DNA from: Planctomycetota bacterium
Lineage (GTDB): Bacteria; Planctomycetota; JBDREB01
Reading direction: 5' to 3'
Length of the DNA: 53,372 nt
Assembly: GCA_043820325.1 (NCBI GenBank)
Contig: JBDREB010000391.1
Coordinates: forward strand, 1 to 53,372
Part shown: piece after piece, positions 45,272 through 53,372 of the stretch
Numbering within the stretch: position 1 is the stretch's first letter
How the letters are laid out: every line of letters begins with the position of its first letter
Translations under genes and position numbers: made by a program
The notes under the pieces: model-generated
What the model saw: only the letters and a program-made list of their open reading frames with translations
The model's database searches: none
What the model was told of the DNA's origin: nothing

Positions 45272-45874
45272 ATGGTCAAGGAACCTGACAAGATGGACCA
45301 ACGCGCGACCATCCCGTCCGCGGCCTCCGTATCCGGTGCCGCGGATGACCGGGCTCTCATCCGCCGGCTCCGCGCCGGTGATCGTGAAGCGCTGGGGGAC
45401 CTGATCAACAGCTACCAGAAGCGGGTCCTTTCCGTGGCGTATAAGATGACCGGCGATTGGCATACGGCCCAGGATATCGCCCAGGAGGTGTTCGTCACCC
45501 TGGTCGAGAAGATCGATTCGTTCGACATGGAACGCGCCTTCTTTTCGTGGATCTATCGTGTGGCGATCAACCGGTGCATCGATCATCTGCGGCGGCGCCA
45601 GCGCGAACAGGCGTATCTGGCCGTGCCCGACGCGCCCCGGGCGGAGATGACCTCGGAGGACCTCCTGATCAAGGCCGAGATGCGGCGGCGGGTCCATACC
45701 CTGCTGGGGCGCCTGCCGGTGGCCTACCGGACGGTGCTGGTCCTGCGGGATATCGAGGGGCTCGACACGGAACGGATCGCCGAGATCATCGATTCCGTTC
45801 CGGCCACGACCCGGTGGCGGATCTTCCAGGCCCGGAAACTGTTCCGGGAGCTTTGGGAAAAGGAGGGGAACTGA
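45272..45874 (+). CDS. ECF-type sigma-70 family factor
   Basis: Region 2 (AQDIAQEVFVTLVEKIDSF...FFSWIYRVAINRCIDHLRRR) and region 4 (YRTVLVLRDIEGLDTERIAEIIDSVPATTRWRIFQARKL). Confidence 0.9.
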   Translation: MVKEPDKMDQRATIPSAASVSGAADDRALIRRLRAGDREALGDLINSYQKRVLSVAYKMTGDWHTAQDIAQEVFVTLVEKIDSFDMERAFFSWIYRVAINRCIDHLRRRQREQAYLAVPDAPRAEMTSEDLLIKAEMRRRVHTLLGRLPVAYRTVLVLRDIEGLDTERIAEIIDSVPATTRWRIFQARKLFRELWEKEGN

Positions 45875-46629
45875 TGGATTGTGCCGATTGCCGGGACCTG
45901 CTGCCCCTTGTACCCGGGAACGAACTCGATCCCGCGGCCGCCGCCGCCGTGGCGGCGCATGTAGCCGCCTGTGATGCCTGTCGTCGCGAACACGACCGGT
46001 ACCTGTTCCTCGGCGGCGTGCTGGGGTCCCTGCGGGAGATGGATGACATCGATTGCAACTGGGAACGCCTGGCCGCCCGTACCCGGTCCCGTGCCCTTGG
46101 CGCAGAAGACGATCCGGCGATCCCACGGTCCGGCTGGCACCGCCTTGTGCGGTGGGCCGTGGCCGCGTCGCTTCTGGCCGCCGGGGCGGGATTGGTGACC
46201 GCCGGCCTGGTCCAGGACCGGCCCGGGCCGGCCGGAATGACGGTCGCCGCGGCCGTCAAAGGCGAGCCCCTGCGGCCGGTCAGTGCGGCCGAAACGGGTC
46301 TGTTCATGGCCGGTCCCGCGGCCCCGGTCCGGTCGGAGCCGGTCTCCGACCGGGAAGGATCCCTGGTGAATACCTGGTCCGTAAACTGGCTGGGGCTGGT
46401 GGTGCATGACCTGCCCGGCGGGGGTGTTGCGGTCGAAGATGCGGTCACCGGCGGTCCTGCACATGCCGCGGGTATCCGGGCCGGTGATATTATTACCGCC
46501 TGCGGCCGGATCCGTCTGGCCGATGCCCGCCATCTGAACGAGATCGTGGCACGGGTAACGGAGGGGACCGCCCTGGTCTTCCGGGTCGTCCATGACGGGG
46601 TGGAACGGACCGTGACCATTCTCCCGTGA
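45874..46629 (+). CDS. zf-HC2 anti-sigma factor with C-terminal PDZ domain
   Basis: 1-nt overlap with the sigma gene (TGATG). MDCADCRDLL...AAHVAACDACRREH zinc finger. TM WAVAASLLAAGAGLVTAGLV. PDZ-like GLVVHDLPGGGVAVEDAVTGGPAHAAGIRAGDIITA. Confidence 0.8.
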   Translation: MDCADCRDLLPLVPGNELDPAAAAAVAAHVAACDACRREHDRYLFLGGVLGSLREMDDIDCNWERLAARTRSRALGAEDDPAIPRSGWHRLVRWAVAASLLAAGAGLVTAGLVQDRPGPAGMTVAAAVKGEPLRPVSAAETGLFMAGPAAPVRSEPVSDREGSLVNTWSVNWLGLVVHDLPGGGVAVEDAVTGGPAHAAGIRAGDIITACGRIRLADARHLNEIVARVTEGTALVFRVVHDGVERTVTILP

Positions 46630-46669
46630 CCCATCGTCCGTTCCGCTTCTGATCGCAAAGGATCCCCGC

Positions 46670-48154
46670 ATGGCCCGCATCGCCGTCCTCGGCGGCATTG
46701 TTGTCGTCAGTATGACTCTGGGGGCGTTCCTCGTGATGCGGACCGACCTGCTGCGGCCGGCCGCGGCCCAGAACCGCACCGGGGAACTGGTCAGCGCCCG
46801 GGACGCCCAGCACACCGGCCTGAACGCCGCCGGTATCGGGGACCAGCTGAACGGCCAGTTCCGCGGCGTGGCGGAAATGGTCCGGCCGTCGGTCGTCCAC
46901 ATCCGGGTCGAGAAGAAGGTGACCGGCCCCCTGCCCGATAACAGTTGGGATCTGCCCGCCCAGGCGCCCCGGCAGGAGTTTTTTGAGGAAGGGGACGGCT
47001 CGGGCATGGTGGTGGACACCGCCGGGCACATTCTTACCAACCAGCATGTGGTCCGGGAATGCGACCGGATCGAGGTGGTCTTCGCCGATGGCCGGGAATT
47101 CACGGCCGTTGTGGTCGGGGCGGATGAAGAGACCGACATCGCCCTGCTCATGATCAGCGCGCCGGATGTCGACCTGGTCCCCGTCATTCTGGGGTCCTCG
47201 GCCGATGTGGCGGTGGGTGAATGGGTGGTGGCCATCGGCAATCCCTTCGGGTTCGAGAACACGGTCACCACGGGGGTGGTGGGCGCGCTCTACCGCGCCA
47301 CACCCGTTGCCGGCGATCAGTACCAGAATTTCATTCAGACCGATGCGGCCATCAACCGCGGCAACAGCGGCGGGCCGCTGGTGAACCTCAAGGGCGAGGT
47401 CATCGGCATGAACACGGCCATCGTGACCGGCGACACGCAGGGCGGTGGTTCGACCGGTCTGGGGTTTGCGATCCCCGTCGATACGCTCCGTTTTGTCCGG
47501 GACCAGCTGCTCCGGGGTGGAACGGTCCGGCGCGGCTGGCTGGGCGTGGCCATTCAGAACATGAACGCCGCGGCCGCCCGGGAGCTGGGGATCGACATCG
47601 CGCGTGCCGGCAGTCTGCGGGGGGTCTTCGTCCGCGAGGTCCTGGCCAACACCCCGGCCGCGGCCGGGGGCATGCAGCCCCGCGATATCATCGTGAGCAT
47701 CAACGGGCGGAACATGATGAATGTCCCGCACCTGCGGTCGTTCGTGGCCGAGTTGCCCCTTGACCGGCCGGCGGCCGTGGTGGTGGTGCGGGATGGGCGC
47801 GAAGCGACCCTTGCGATCACCATTGCCGCCAAGCCGGAGGAACGGACCGCGGCCGCGCCGGCGCCGGTGCCGCGAATGCTGTTCGGCCTGGCCCTGGAGA
47901 CTCTGACGGCGGAACAGGCCGCCCGGGACGGCGCTCCCGGTCTGGCCGGCGTGTGCGTGGTGGGCGTGGCAAAGAACAGCCCGGGCGCCCGGGCCGGGAT
48001 CGAAGTCGGCCAGCTCATCATCAAGGTCGGACGGACCGAGGTGAACGATGTGGCCGCCTTTGAACGGGCGGTGGCGGCATTCACCCTGGCCGACGGCATT
48101 CCCCTCGTGGTCCGCACAGCGGACGGCACGGTCGCGGTCGATCTGGTGGAATGA
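46670..48154 (+). CDS. htrA: HtrA/DegP-family serine protease with two PDZ domains
   Basis: Catalytic triad contexts TNQHVV, DIALL and GNSGGPLVN, an N-terminal TM anchor, and two PDZ-like segments. Confidence 0.9.
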   Translation: MARIAVLGGIVVVSMTLGAFLVMRTDLLRPAAAQNRTGELVSARDAQHTGLNAAGIGDQLNGQFRGVAEMVRPSVVHIRVEKKVTGPLPDNSWDLPAQAPRQEFFEEGDGSGMVVDTAGHILTNQHVVRECDRIEVVFADGREFTAVVVGADEETDIALLMISAPDVDLVPVILGSSADVAVGEWVVAIGNPFGFENTVTTGVVGALYRATPVAGDQYQNFIQTDAAINRGNSGGPLVNLKGEVIGMNTAIVTGDTQGGGSTGLGFAIPVDTLRFVRDQLLRGGTVRRGWLGVAIQNMNAAAARELGIDIARAGSLRGVFVREVLANTPAAAGGMQPRDIIVSINGRNMMNVPHLRSFVAELPLDRPAAVVVVRDGREATLAITIAAKPEERTAAAPAPVPRMLFGLALETLTAEQAARDGAPGLAGVCVVGVAKNSPGARAGIEVGQLIIKVGRTEVNDVAAFERAVAAFTLADGIPLVVRTADGTVAVDLVE

Positions 48155-48185
48155 CCATCCCGTCCCGGTTCCCCCGCGGAAATCC

Positions 48186-48213
48186 TTGACTATCGCCGCC
48201 TGGCGGCTACAAT
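48186..48213 (+). promoter_or_regulatory. Sigma70-like promoter upstream of the 936-aa secreted protein
   Basis: TTGACT (48186-48191), 16-nt spacer, TACAAT (48208-48213), 72 nt upstream of ATG 48285. The spacer contains the palindrome GCCGCC-T-GGCGGC. Confidence 0.4.
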
Positions 48214-48284
48214 GATAGTGCCGGTCCGGGGCCCCATCCCGGCGGCGTGTGCGCCTGTCCGCCGGTATTGGACGAGGGGAATCG

Positions 48285-51093
48285 CATGAACATCCGTCGT
48301 GTCGTCCTGGTCCTGACCGTTATCCTGGGGCTGTGCCTTCCGGCCGCGGTCGTGCCCCAGGAGCCGCCGCTCCCGGTTCCCAAAAAGGACATGCGGGTGG
48401 CCGAGTTGGTCGCGGGGATCGATTTCTGTTTCCAGGAAGCCAAGTGGGACAAGGCGGTCGAACTGTTGCGGGAGCTGATCGACCGGTTCTCCGAACATCC
48501 CGAGGTCGCGCCCCGGCTCGTCGATTACCGCACCAAGCTCCTCTTTGCCGAGTTCTCCCTCGAGTTCGCCATGACCGCCCGCATGTGGGAGGGGATCTAT
48601 GCCGGCACGGTGCGTTCATTCGTGCCCAAGGCCAATGTCCTGGAGATCGGGTACGAATTCAAGGATGACAAGGAACTGGCCGATTTCCGTTTTGCGCGGC
48701 GCAGCGGCGGGGGGATGCAGACCGCGGCCGTCAACGCTTCAGCGCCGGGCATGGGTAAATTCGGGACATTTGTTTCGCTCAAGATCCCGTTCCAACTCCC
48801 CTGGCAGGTCGAAATGGTCGTCCAGGAGACCGGGGCCCCGGCCAATGTCAAGATCGACCAGGCCACGCCCCGCGGCGGAGTGTTCCTTGTTTTCGGGGAC
48901 GAGGACGGTAAAAATGGATACCTCTATGCGATCGATGCCAATTTCCATGACGGCCGCATGCAGGCGCCCCACGGTATCCTGAAATACCATCCCGGCGGCA
49001 TGTATGCTTGGGATTTCATGGCCAACAGCTTCTCGCCCCGTCTTGTGCCTTTCGGGGAAATGACCGTCAAGGTGATCTGCCATACCAACGGTGAGATGTC
49101 CTTCCAGGTCAACGGGGAGGTGGTGCTGCAGACCCAGGATGATTCCTTCAAGCGGGGCTGGCTCCATTTCGGCCCGGGCAATATCGTTTTCAAGTCGATC
49201 CTGGTCAAGGGCCAATTGGACGATGTCACACTCGCCTCCCGGATGAACGAGATCCGGGAACGCGCCTGGGCGGCGCGTATGGAGGATTTCCGGCGTGCCA
49301 ACGGCATGGTGCCGCCCGAACGGGGTTTTGGCTTCCCCGCTCTGACGCCGGAGGAGGCCATCCGGCTGATCGATTTCAAACCGGTACCGGCGGCAACCGA
49401 CCAACCCCCGGTGCCCATCGAAGAGGCCCCGGTACCGCCCGGACCGTCCTCGTCCCTGCACCGTGCGCTCGCCCGGGGCATCCTGGCCCAGGCGGCTGAA
49501 GGGATGGATGGGTGGGGAGTGCCCGCCGGTACGCCGGTAACGCCCGATACGCCGCCGGCGGATGCCGAACCGCCGCCAACACCTGCCGTGACGCCGCCGG
49601 CCGAAGCGCTGCCTGTCGCGCCGGTTCCCACCCCCAAGGCCGACAACCCCATGTATCTGACCTACTGCGCGGGGCTGAAGCTCCGGCAGGACGGGAAGAT
49701 CGACGAGGCGCTGGCCAAGTTCGATGAAGTCGTGGCCTATCATGCCGCATCGGTGCCCGCACTCTACGAGCGGGCCTTCTGCCGGTATATCAAGGGCGAT
49801 TGGGCGGGTGCCCGGGCCGACCTGACGACCCTGCGGGACCTCGGGTTCGCGTATGAGGTCATGGCCTACCTCGATGTCCGGATCGCCCTGGAGCAGAACG
49901 ATGCGGCCGCGGGTCTCAAGGCGGCGGCCCTCATTCCCGACGGCTCGCCCTTCGCCCCCATGACCCGGGTCGCGGCCGGCTGGCTGAATTACCTGACGGG
50001 GGACTTCCCCGCAGCCGATGCCGCCCTCGCGACGGCCGTGCGCCTGGACGCGGGGCTGGCCGGCGTGGCCGCCTGGTACCGCAACCGGATCGACGCCTTC
50101 CGCTCGGGACCGCGCTGGGTCGACAATTACACGGCCGGCGGCCACACCTGCACGGTGCACACCGGGACCGGCGCCAAGGCGGCGGCTCTGGCGGCGGCCT
50201 ATCTTGACAGCCTGTTCGGCGCCTGCCAGGACCAGTTCCAGTCCCTGATGATCGAGGCCGACCGCCGGAATGATCGCGTCATCAAACCGGTGGATGTCTA
50301 TTGCTTCGCTACGCCCGTCGGCCTGGCGCAGTATCTTGATCGCATCGTCATCGGCAAGGACCTGCTCCAGGCCGGCACCCAGATCGCATATGACGCGCGC
50401 TATGACCGGGTCTACCTGTATACCGATTTCCAAGGCGAGGCGTTCAAGGAGTGCATGGCCAATGCGGCGGTGATGACCTTCGTGCGCAACCTGGCCTTCG
50501 ATTTTCCGCCATGGTTCCTTAACGGTCTCACCTGGTATTTCGAGAACAGCCAGATCGAGACCCTGGACAAGGGCGTGTTCAACCTGGCCGGCTCCCAGGT
50601 CAAACTGACCTACATCAGCACGGCCAAACTGCCGGAGCTGCTCAACTATTACGGGTTCCTGACCGGGCATTACCAGTTCCCCATGACGGCGACCGTGCAG
50701 AACAAGAAAATGACCTACGACCGGGTGGTGCTGCCCCGGATGATCATCCCGCCGCCGGGGGATTACCAGGACATCCGGGAGCTGCTGAAAATGGACCGGG
50801 CGGCCTTTGACCGGGCCATCGTCACCAACAAGACGGTGGCCGGGCTTTTCATGCATTTCCTTTTCCGCTACAACAAGGGCCAGTACCGGGCCTTCCTGAC
50901 CACCTATTTCAAGGGCATGCGCAAGGGGCTCGACCCGGATGCGATCCTGGCCCAGGGCTTCCCGGCCGGGTATGTGGACCGGATGCTGAAGCTGATGGAA
51001 TGGCATATCATCAATCTCTGGCAGCGGGATGTCTGCGGGTCGGCCGAGATCCCGCCCGCGGCCCTGCTCGGGTCCGATTTCAAGGACAATTAG
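48285..51093 (+). CDS. Large secreted multidomain protein (jelly-roll/DUF1080-like N-domain, Pro-rich linker, TPR, unknown C-domain)
   Basis: Signal peptide MNIRRVVLVLTVILGLCLPAAVVPQ. N-domain ending WLHFGPGNIVFKSILVKG. Pro-rich 49380-49640. TPR-like units after it. The stop is TAG. Confidence 0.75.
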
Positions 51094-51275
51094 CTCTTAT
51101 GGGTCCGATTGTGCCCCGTTGTTCCCGTTGGGCCGGTTTATTTGGGATTTGGAACTTGGAATTTGGAGCTTGCCCAACGCGGACATCCTGTTTGGTTGCG
51201 GCTTGTCCGCGTTGGGTCGACCGGGGCGCGATGTGCTGAACGGAAGCGCTCCGGCCGCGTTGGTACCGGTGCTGA

Positions 51276-52445
51276 ATGTCGGATGGTACATTGATGATGG
51301 ATGCAGCGCTTTTCTTCCACGGCCTTGACCGGCGGTACCGGTGGATGTGCTGGCGCATGGTGGCCGGGCGGTATCTTCTGTATGCCGGCATGCTGGCCTG
51401 CGGCGTCGCCGTCATCGAGCGCGCGGCGGGCGGGAGCGGGTGGGTCACCGGCATGGGAGCCGTCGCCGGCCTGGCGGCCAGCCTGGCCGGCGCCATCCCG
51501 CTGTACCGTGGGCCGCGGCCGGATGCGGCCCCGCTTTTTTATGACCGGCTGACGGGTGGCGGGGAGCGGTTCCCGGCCCTGCATGAACTGGTGGTCACGG
51601 GCCGCCGGGGCCCGGTGCGTACGGAACTTGAGACCGAATGCGCCGACCGCATGCGGCCGGTCCGTTTTCCGTTCCTGGCGGGACCGGCGCGTTTCTGCCT
51701 GCTGCCGTTCCTGGTCGCGGCGCTGGTCCCCCTGCTGCCGCGGGCGCCCCAGCCCGCCGCCGGCCTGCCCGGCCTGGGTGCGCCGTCCATGGCGGTGACG
51801 CCCCCCGTCGGCGCGGGATCATCCTCCCCGGCGGTCCCCGGCACGGCTGCGATACCGGGAGAGCGGCCCAGGGCGGCCGCCACCGCCGGAATGGCGCCAC
51901 CGGTAGCGCCGGGGGATGTGGCCGGGACGGCCGCCCCCGATGACGCACGGGCGGCCGCGCTCCTGGAAACCGTCGCCCGGCTCGGGCCGGGCTCGGCCGA
52001 AGGGGCCGGGGCGGCCGCCGAACTGATGCGGACCCTCCGGGAAGGGGATACCGGATTGCAGCGGGTCATGGCCCGCATCGCGGCCGAAGCCGGGAGCGGC
52101 GGCAGCGGCGGGGGCGCCGGATTGACCGACCCGGTCCTGAACGCCCTGGCGGCCGGCGACCGGGAACGGGCGGCGGCCGCATTCGCGGCCTTCCTGGAGC
52201 GCATCAGCGCACCCGGCCATGCGGCCGAACTGGAACTGGTCATGCGCGCGGCCGCGGAGGGGCGTGCGCCCGCCGGCGGCCCGGTCCGGGCCGGCAACGG
52301 CCCGGCGGTTGAGGCGTGGGCCGCGGCGTCCTCCGTATCCGCCGATGCCGCATTGCCCCTGCGGTTCCAGCCGCTTGTTCAGAATTACCTGGAGGCCCGG
52401 GCCCGTCAGGCGGACCCGGGCTCATTCCCGCGAAAGGACCGCTAA
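51276..52445 (+). CDS. Ala/Pro-rich membrane protein, unknown function
   Basis: 389-aa ORF with two N-terminal hydrophobic helices and a third near residue 130. High third-position GC. No motif recognised. Confidence 0.5.
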   Translation: MSDGTLMMDAALFFHGLDRRYRWMCWRMVAGRYLLYAGMLACGVAVIERAAGGSGWVTGMGAVAGLAASLAGAIPLYRGPRPDAAPLFYDRLTGGGERFPALHELVVTGRRGPVRTELETECADRMRPVRFPFLAGPARFCLLPFLVAALVPLLPRAPQPAAGLPGLGAPSMAVTPPVGAGSSSPAVPGTAAIPGERPRAAATAGMAPPVAPGDVAGTAAPDDARAAALLETVARLGPGSAEGAGAAAELMRTLREGDTGLQRVMARIAAEAGSGGSGGGAGLTDPVLNALAAGDRERAAAAFAAFLERISAPGHAAELELVMRAAAEGRAPAGGPVRAGNGPAVEAWAAASSVSADAALPLRFQPLVQNYLEARARQADPGSFPRKDR

Positions 52446-53179
52446 TGGCACGCTTCGAGATCAATTTCCAGAGCGCGGTGCTCAACCGCGCGGTGGCCTG
52501 TTACGCCCTGGTGCCCGAAAAGGCCGCCGCCCGTGACCTGCCCGTGCTCTATCTGCTGCATGGGTACAGCGATGATTATACCATCTGGCTCCGGCGGACC
52601 GGGCTGGAGTGCTTCGTCGAGGGACGGGACCTCATCGTCGTCATGCCCGACGGCGGGCACGAGTTCTACACCGATGCGTGCATCGGATACCGGTATGAGA
52701 CCTTTCTGATGGAGGAGTTCATCCCCCGGGTGGAGGCCTGGCTGCCTGCCGCCGGCCGGCGCGCCCGGCGGGGGATCGGCGGACTGTCCATGGGCGGGTA
52801 CGGGGCTGTGCGGCTGGGGTTGAAATACCCCGGGCATTTCGCGACCGTACATGGTCATTCGGGCGCCTACGACATCGGCCGGCGGCTCCGCGACGGGGGG
52901 CTCACCGAGGCGCCGCGTGTATTCGGCGCTTCCGTCGCCGGCACGGACAAGGACATCTTCCACCTGGTGGCCACCGTGCCGCGCCGGGGATTGCCGGCTT
53001 TCCACATCGACTGCGGCCGGTCCGATCATTGCCTGGCCGACAACCGCAAACTCGTCAAGGCCCTGAAAAAACGGGGGATCCCCCACACCTACCGGGAGCA
53101 TCCCGGGGCGCACAACTGGGATTACTGGGACCTGCACATCCGGGAAGCGCTTGATTTTCACATCAAACACTGGAAATGA
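52445..53179 (+). CDS. Esterase-family alpha/beta hydrolase
   Basis: TAATG overlap with the previous gene. PVLYLLHGYSDD and the nucleophile elbow GLSMGGYGA, with HPGAHNWDYW near the C-terminus. Confidence 0.8.
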   Translation: MARFEINFQSAVLNRAVACYALVPEKAAARDLPVLYLLHGYSDDYTIWLRRTGLECFVEGRDLIVVMPDGGHEFYTDACIGYRYETFLMEEFIPRVEAWLPAAGRRARRGIGGLSMGGYGAVRLGLKYPGHFATVHGHSGAYDIGRRLRDGGLTEAPRVFGASVAGTDKDIFHLVATVPRRGLPAFHIDCGRSDHCLADNRKLVKALKKRGIPHTYREHPGAHNWDYWDLHIREALDFHIKHWK

Positions 53180-53231
53180 GACGCGGGCGGAAGTGGATCA
53201 TTGCAAAATCAGCATTTAGCATTGCAAATTT

Positions 53232-53362
53232 AGTACACCGCCCCACAATAAAGGGGTCAGATCTCAATCATCATAACGACCCGATTCCGGAACGCTGGTT
53301 CATGCCGGATCTTGTTTGGTAGGGGCACGGCATGCCGTGCCCAATTGGCCCCAAAACAAGCG
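53232..53362. repeat. Dispersed ~135-bp structured repeat, right-end copy (inverted relative to 2-137)
   Basis: Its reverse complement aligns with 2-137. It carries the same 20-bp palindrome GGGCACGGCATGCCGTGCCC. Confidence 0.85.
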
Positions 53363-53372
53363 CCGACCCGGG

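Noticed and set aside
53199-53228. 9-bp direct repeat CATTGCAAA (53199-53207 and 53220-53228) downstream of the esterase gene.
   Set aside because: It is short and AT-rich, with only two copies and no adjacent gene to regulate within the window. It cannot be distinguished from chance.

Overview
This is a visibly GC-rich bacterial chromosomal window. It is probably a whole contig, because it starts and ends inside inverted copies of the same ~135-bp repeat. Gene content resembles the PVC superphylum, but the taxon cannot be fixed from sequence alone. All ~38 genes I can support lie on the + strand. Most overlap by 1-11 nt or are separated by <60 nt. In order the window contains: (1) a repeat-rich left end with a 275-bp MITE. 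(2) A sensor-less histidine kinase plus a sigma54-type (NtrC-family) response regulator. (3) A type IV pilus-like envelope module: a PilM-PilN fusion, two bitopic proteins, and a secretin with a long TPR/coiled-coil N-terminus. No ATPase, platform protein or pilin is present anywhere in the window. (4) A second MITE copy. (5) Four exported TPR proteins bracketing ExbB-ExbD-ExbD, with no TonB. (6) Housekeeping genes: PHP phosphoesterase, rpsU, an ABC transporter, membrane pyrophosphatase, rsfS, argS, coaC and ahcY. (7) A dense signalling cluster: FHA-GAF histidine kinase, REC-zinc ribbon-REC, a HEAT protein, HD-GYP, a 1499-aa Ser/Thr kinase-STAND-TPR protein and a DUF2225-like protein. (8) hemW, an ECF sigma / zf-HC2-PDZ anti-sigma / HtrA trio, a 936-aa secreted protein, a membrane protein and an esterase. 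The best candidate for an undescribed system is 2980-20041. There a secretin/PilMNO-like module lacking any ATPase sits next to a TPR-scaffold plus ExbBD proton-motor module lacking TonB. Other notable signals: two conserved genes (a histidine kinase and hemW) each carry one in-frame TAG, after which the conserved protein sequence continues in frame. The MITE has perfect 16-bp TIRs, 5-bp target-site duplications and an internal REPIN-like palindrome doublet. A G11 homopolymer lies inside the pilus-like operon. rsfS has no canonical start codon. No rRNA, tRNA, CRISPR array, transposase or recognisable defence gene was found.
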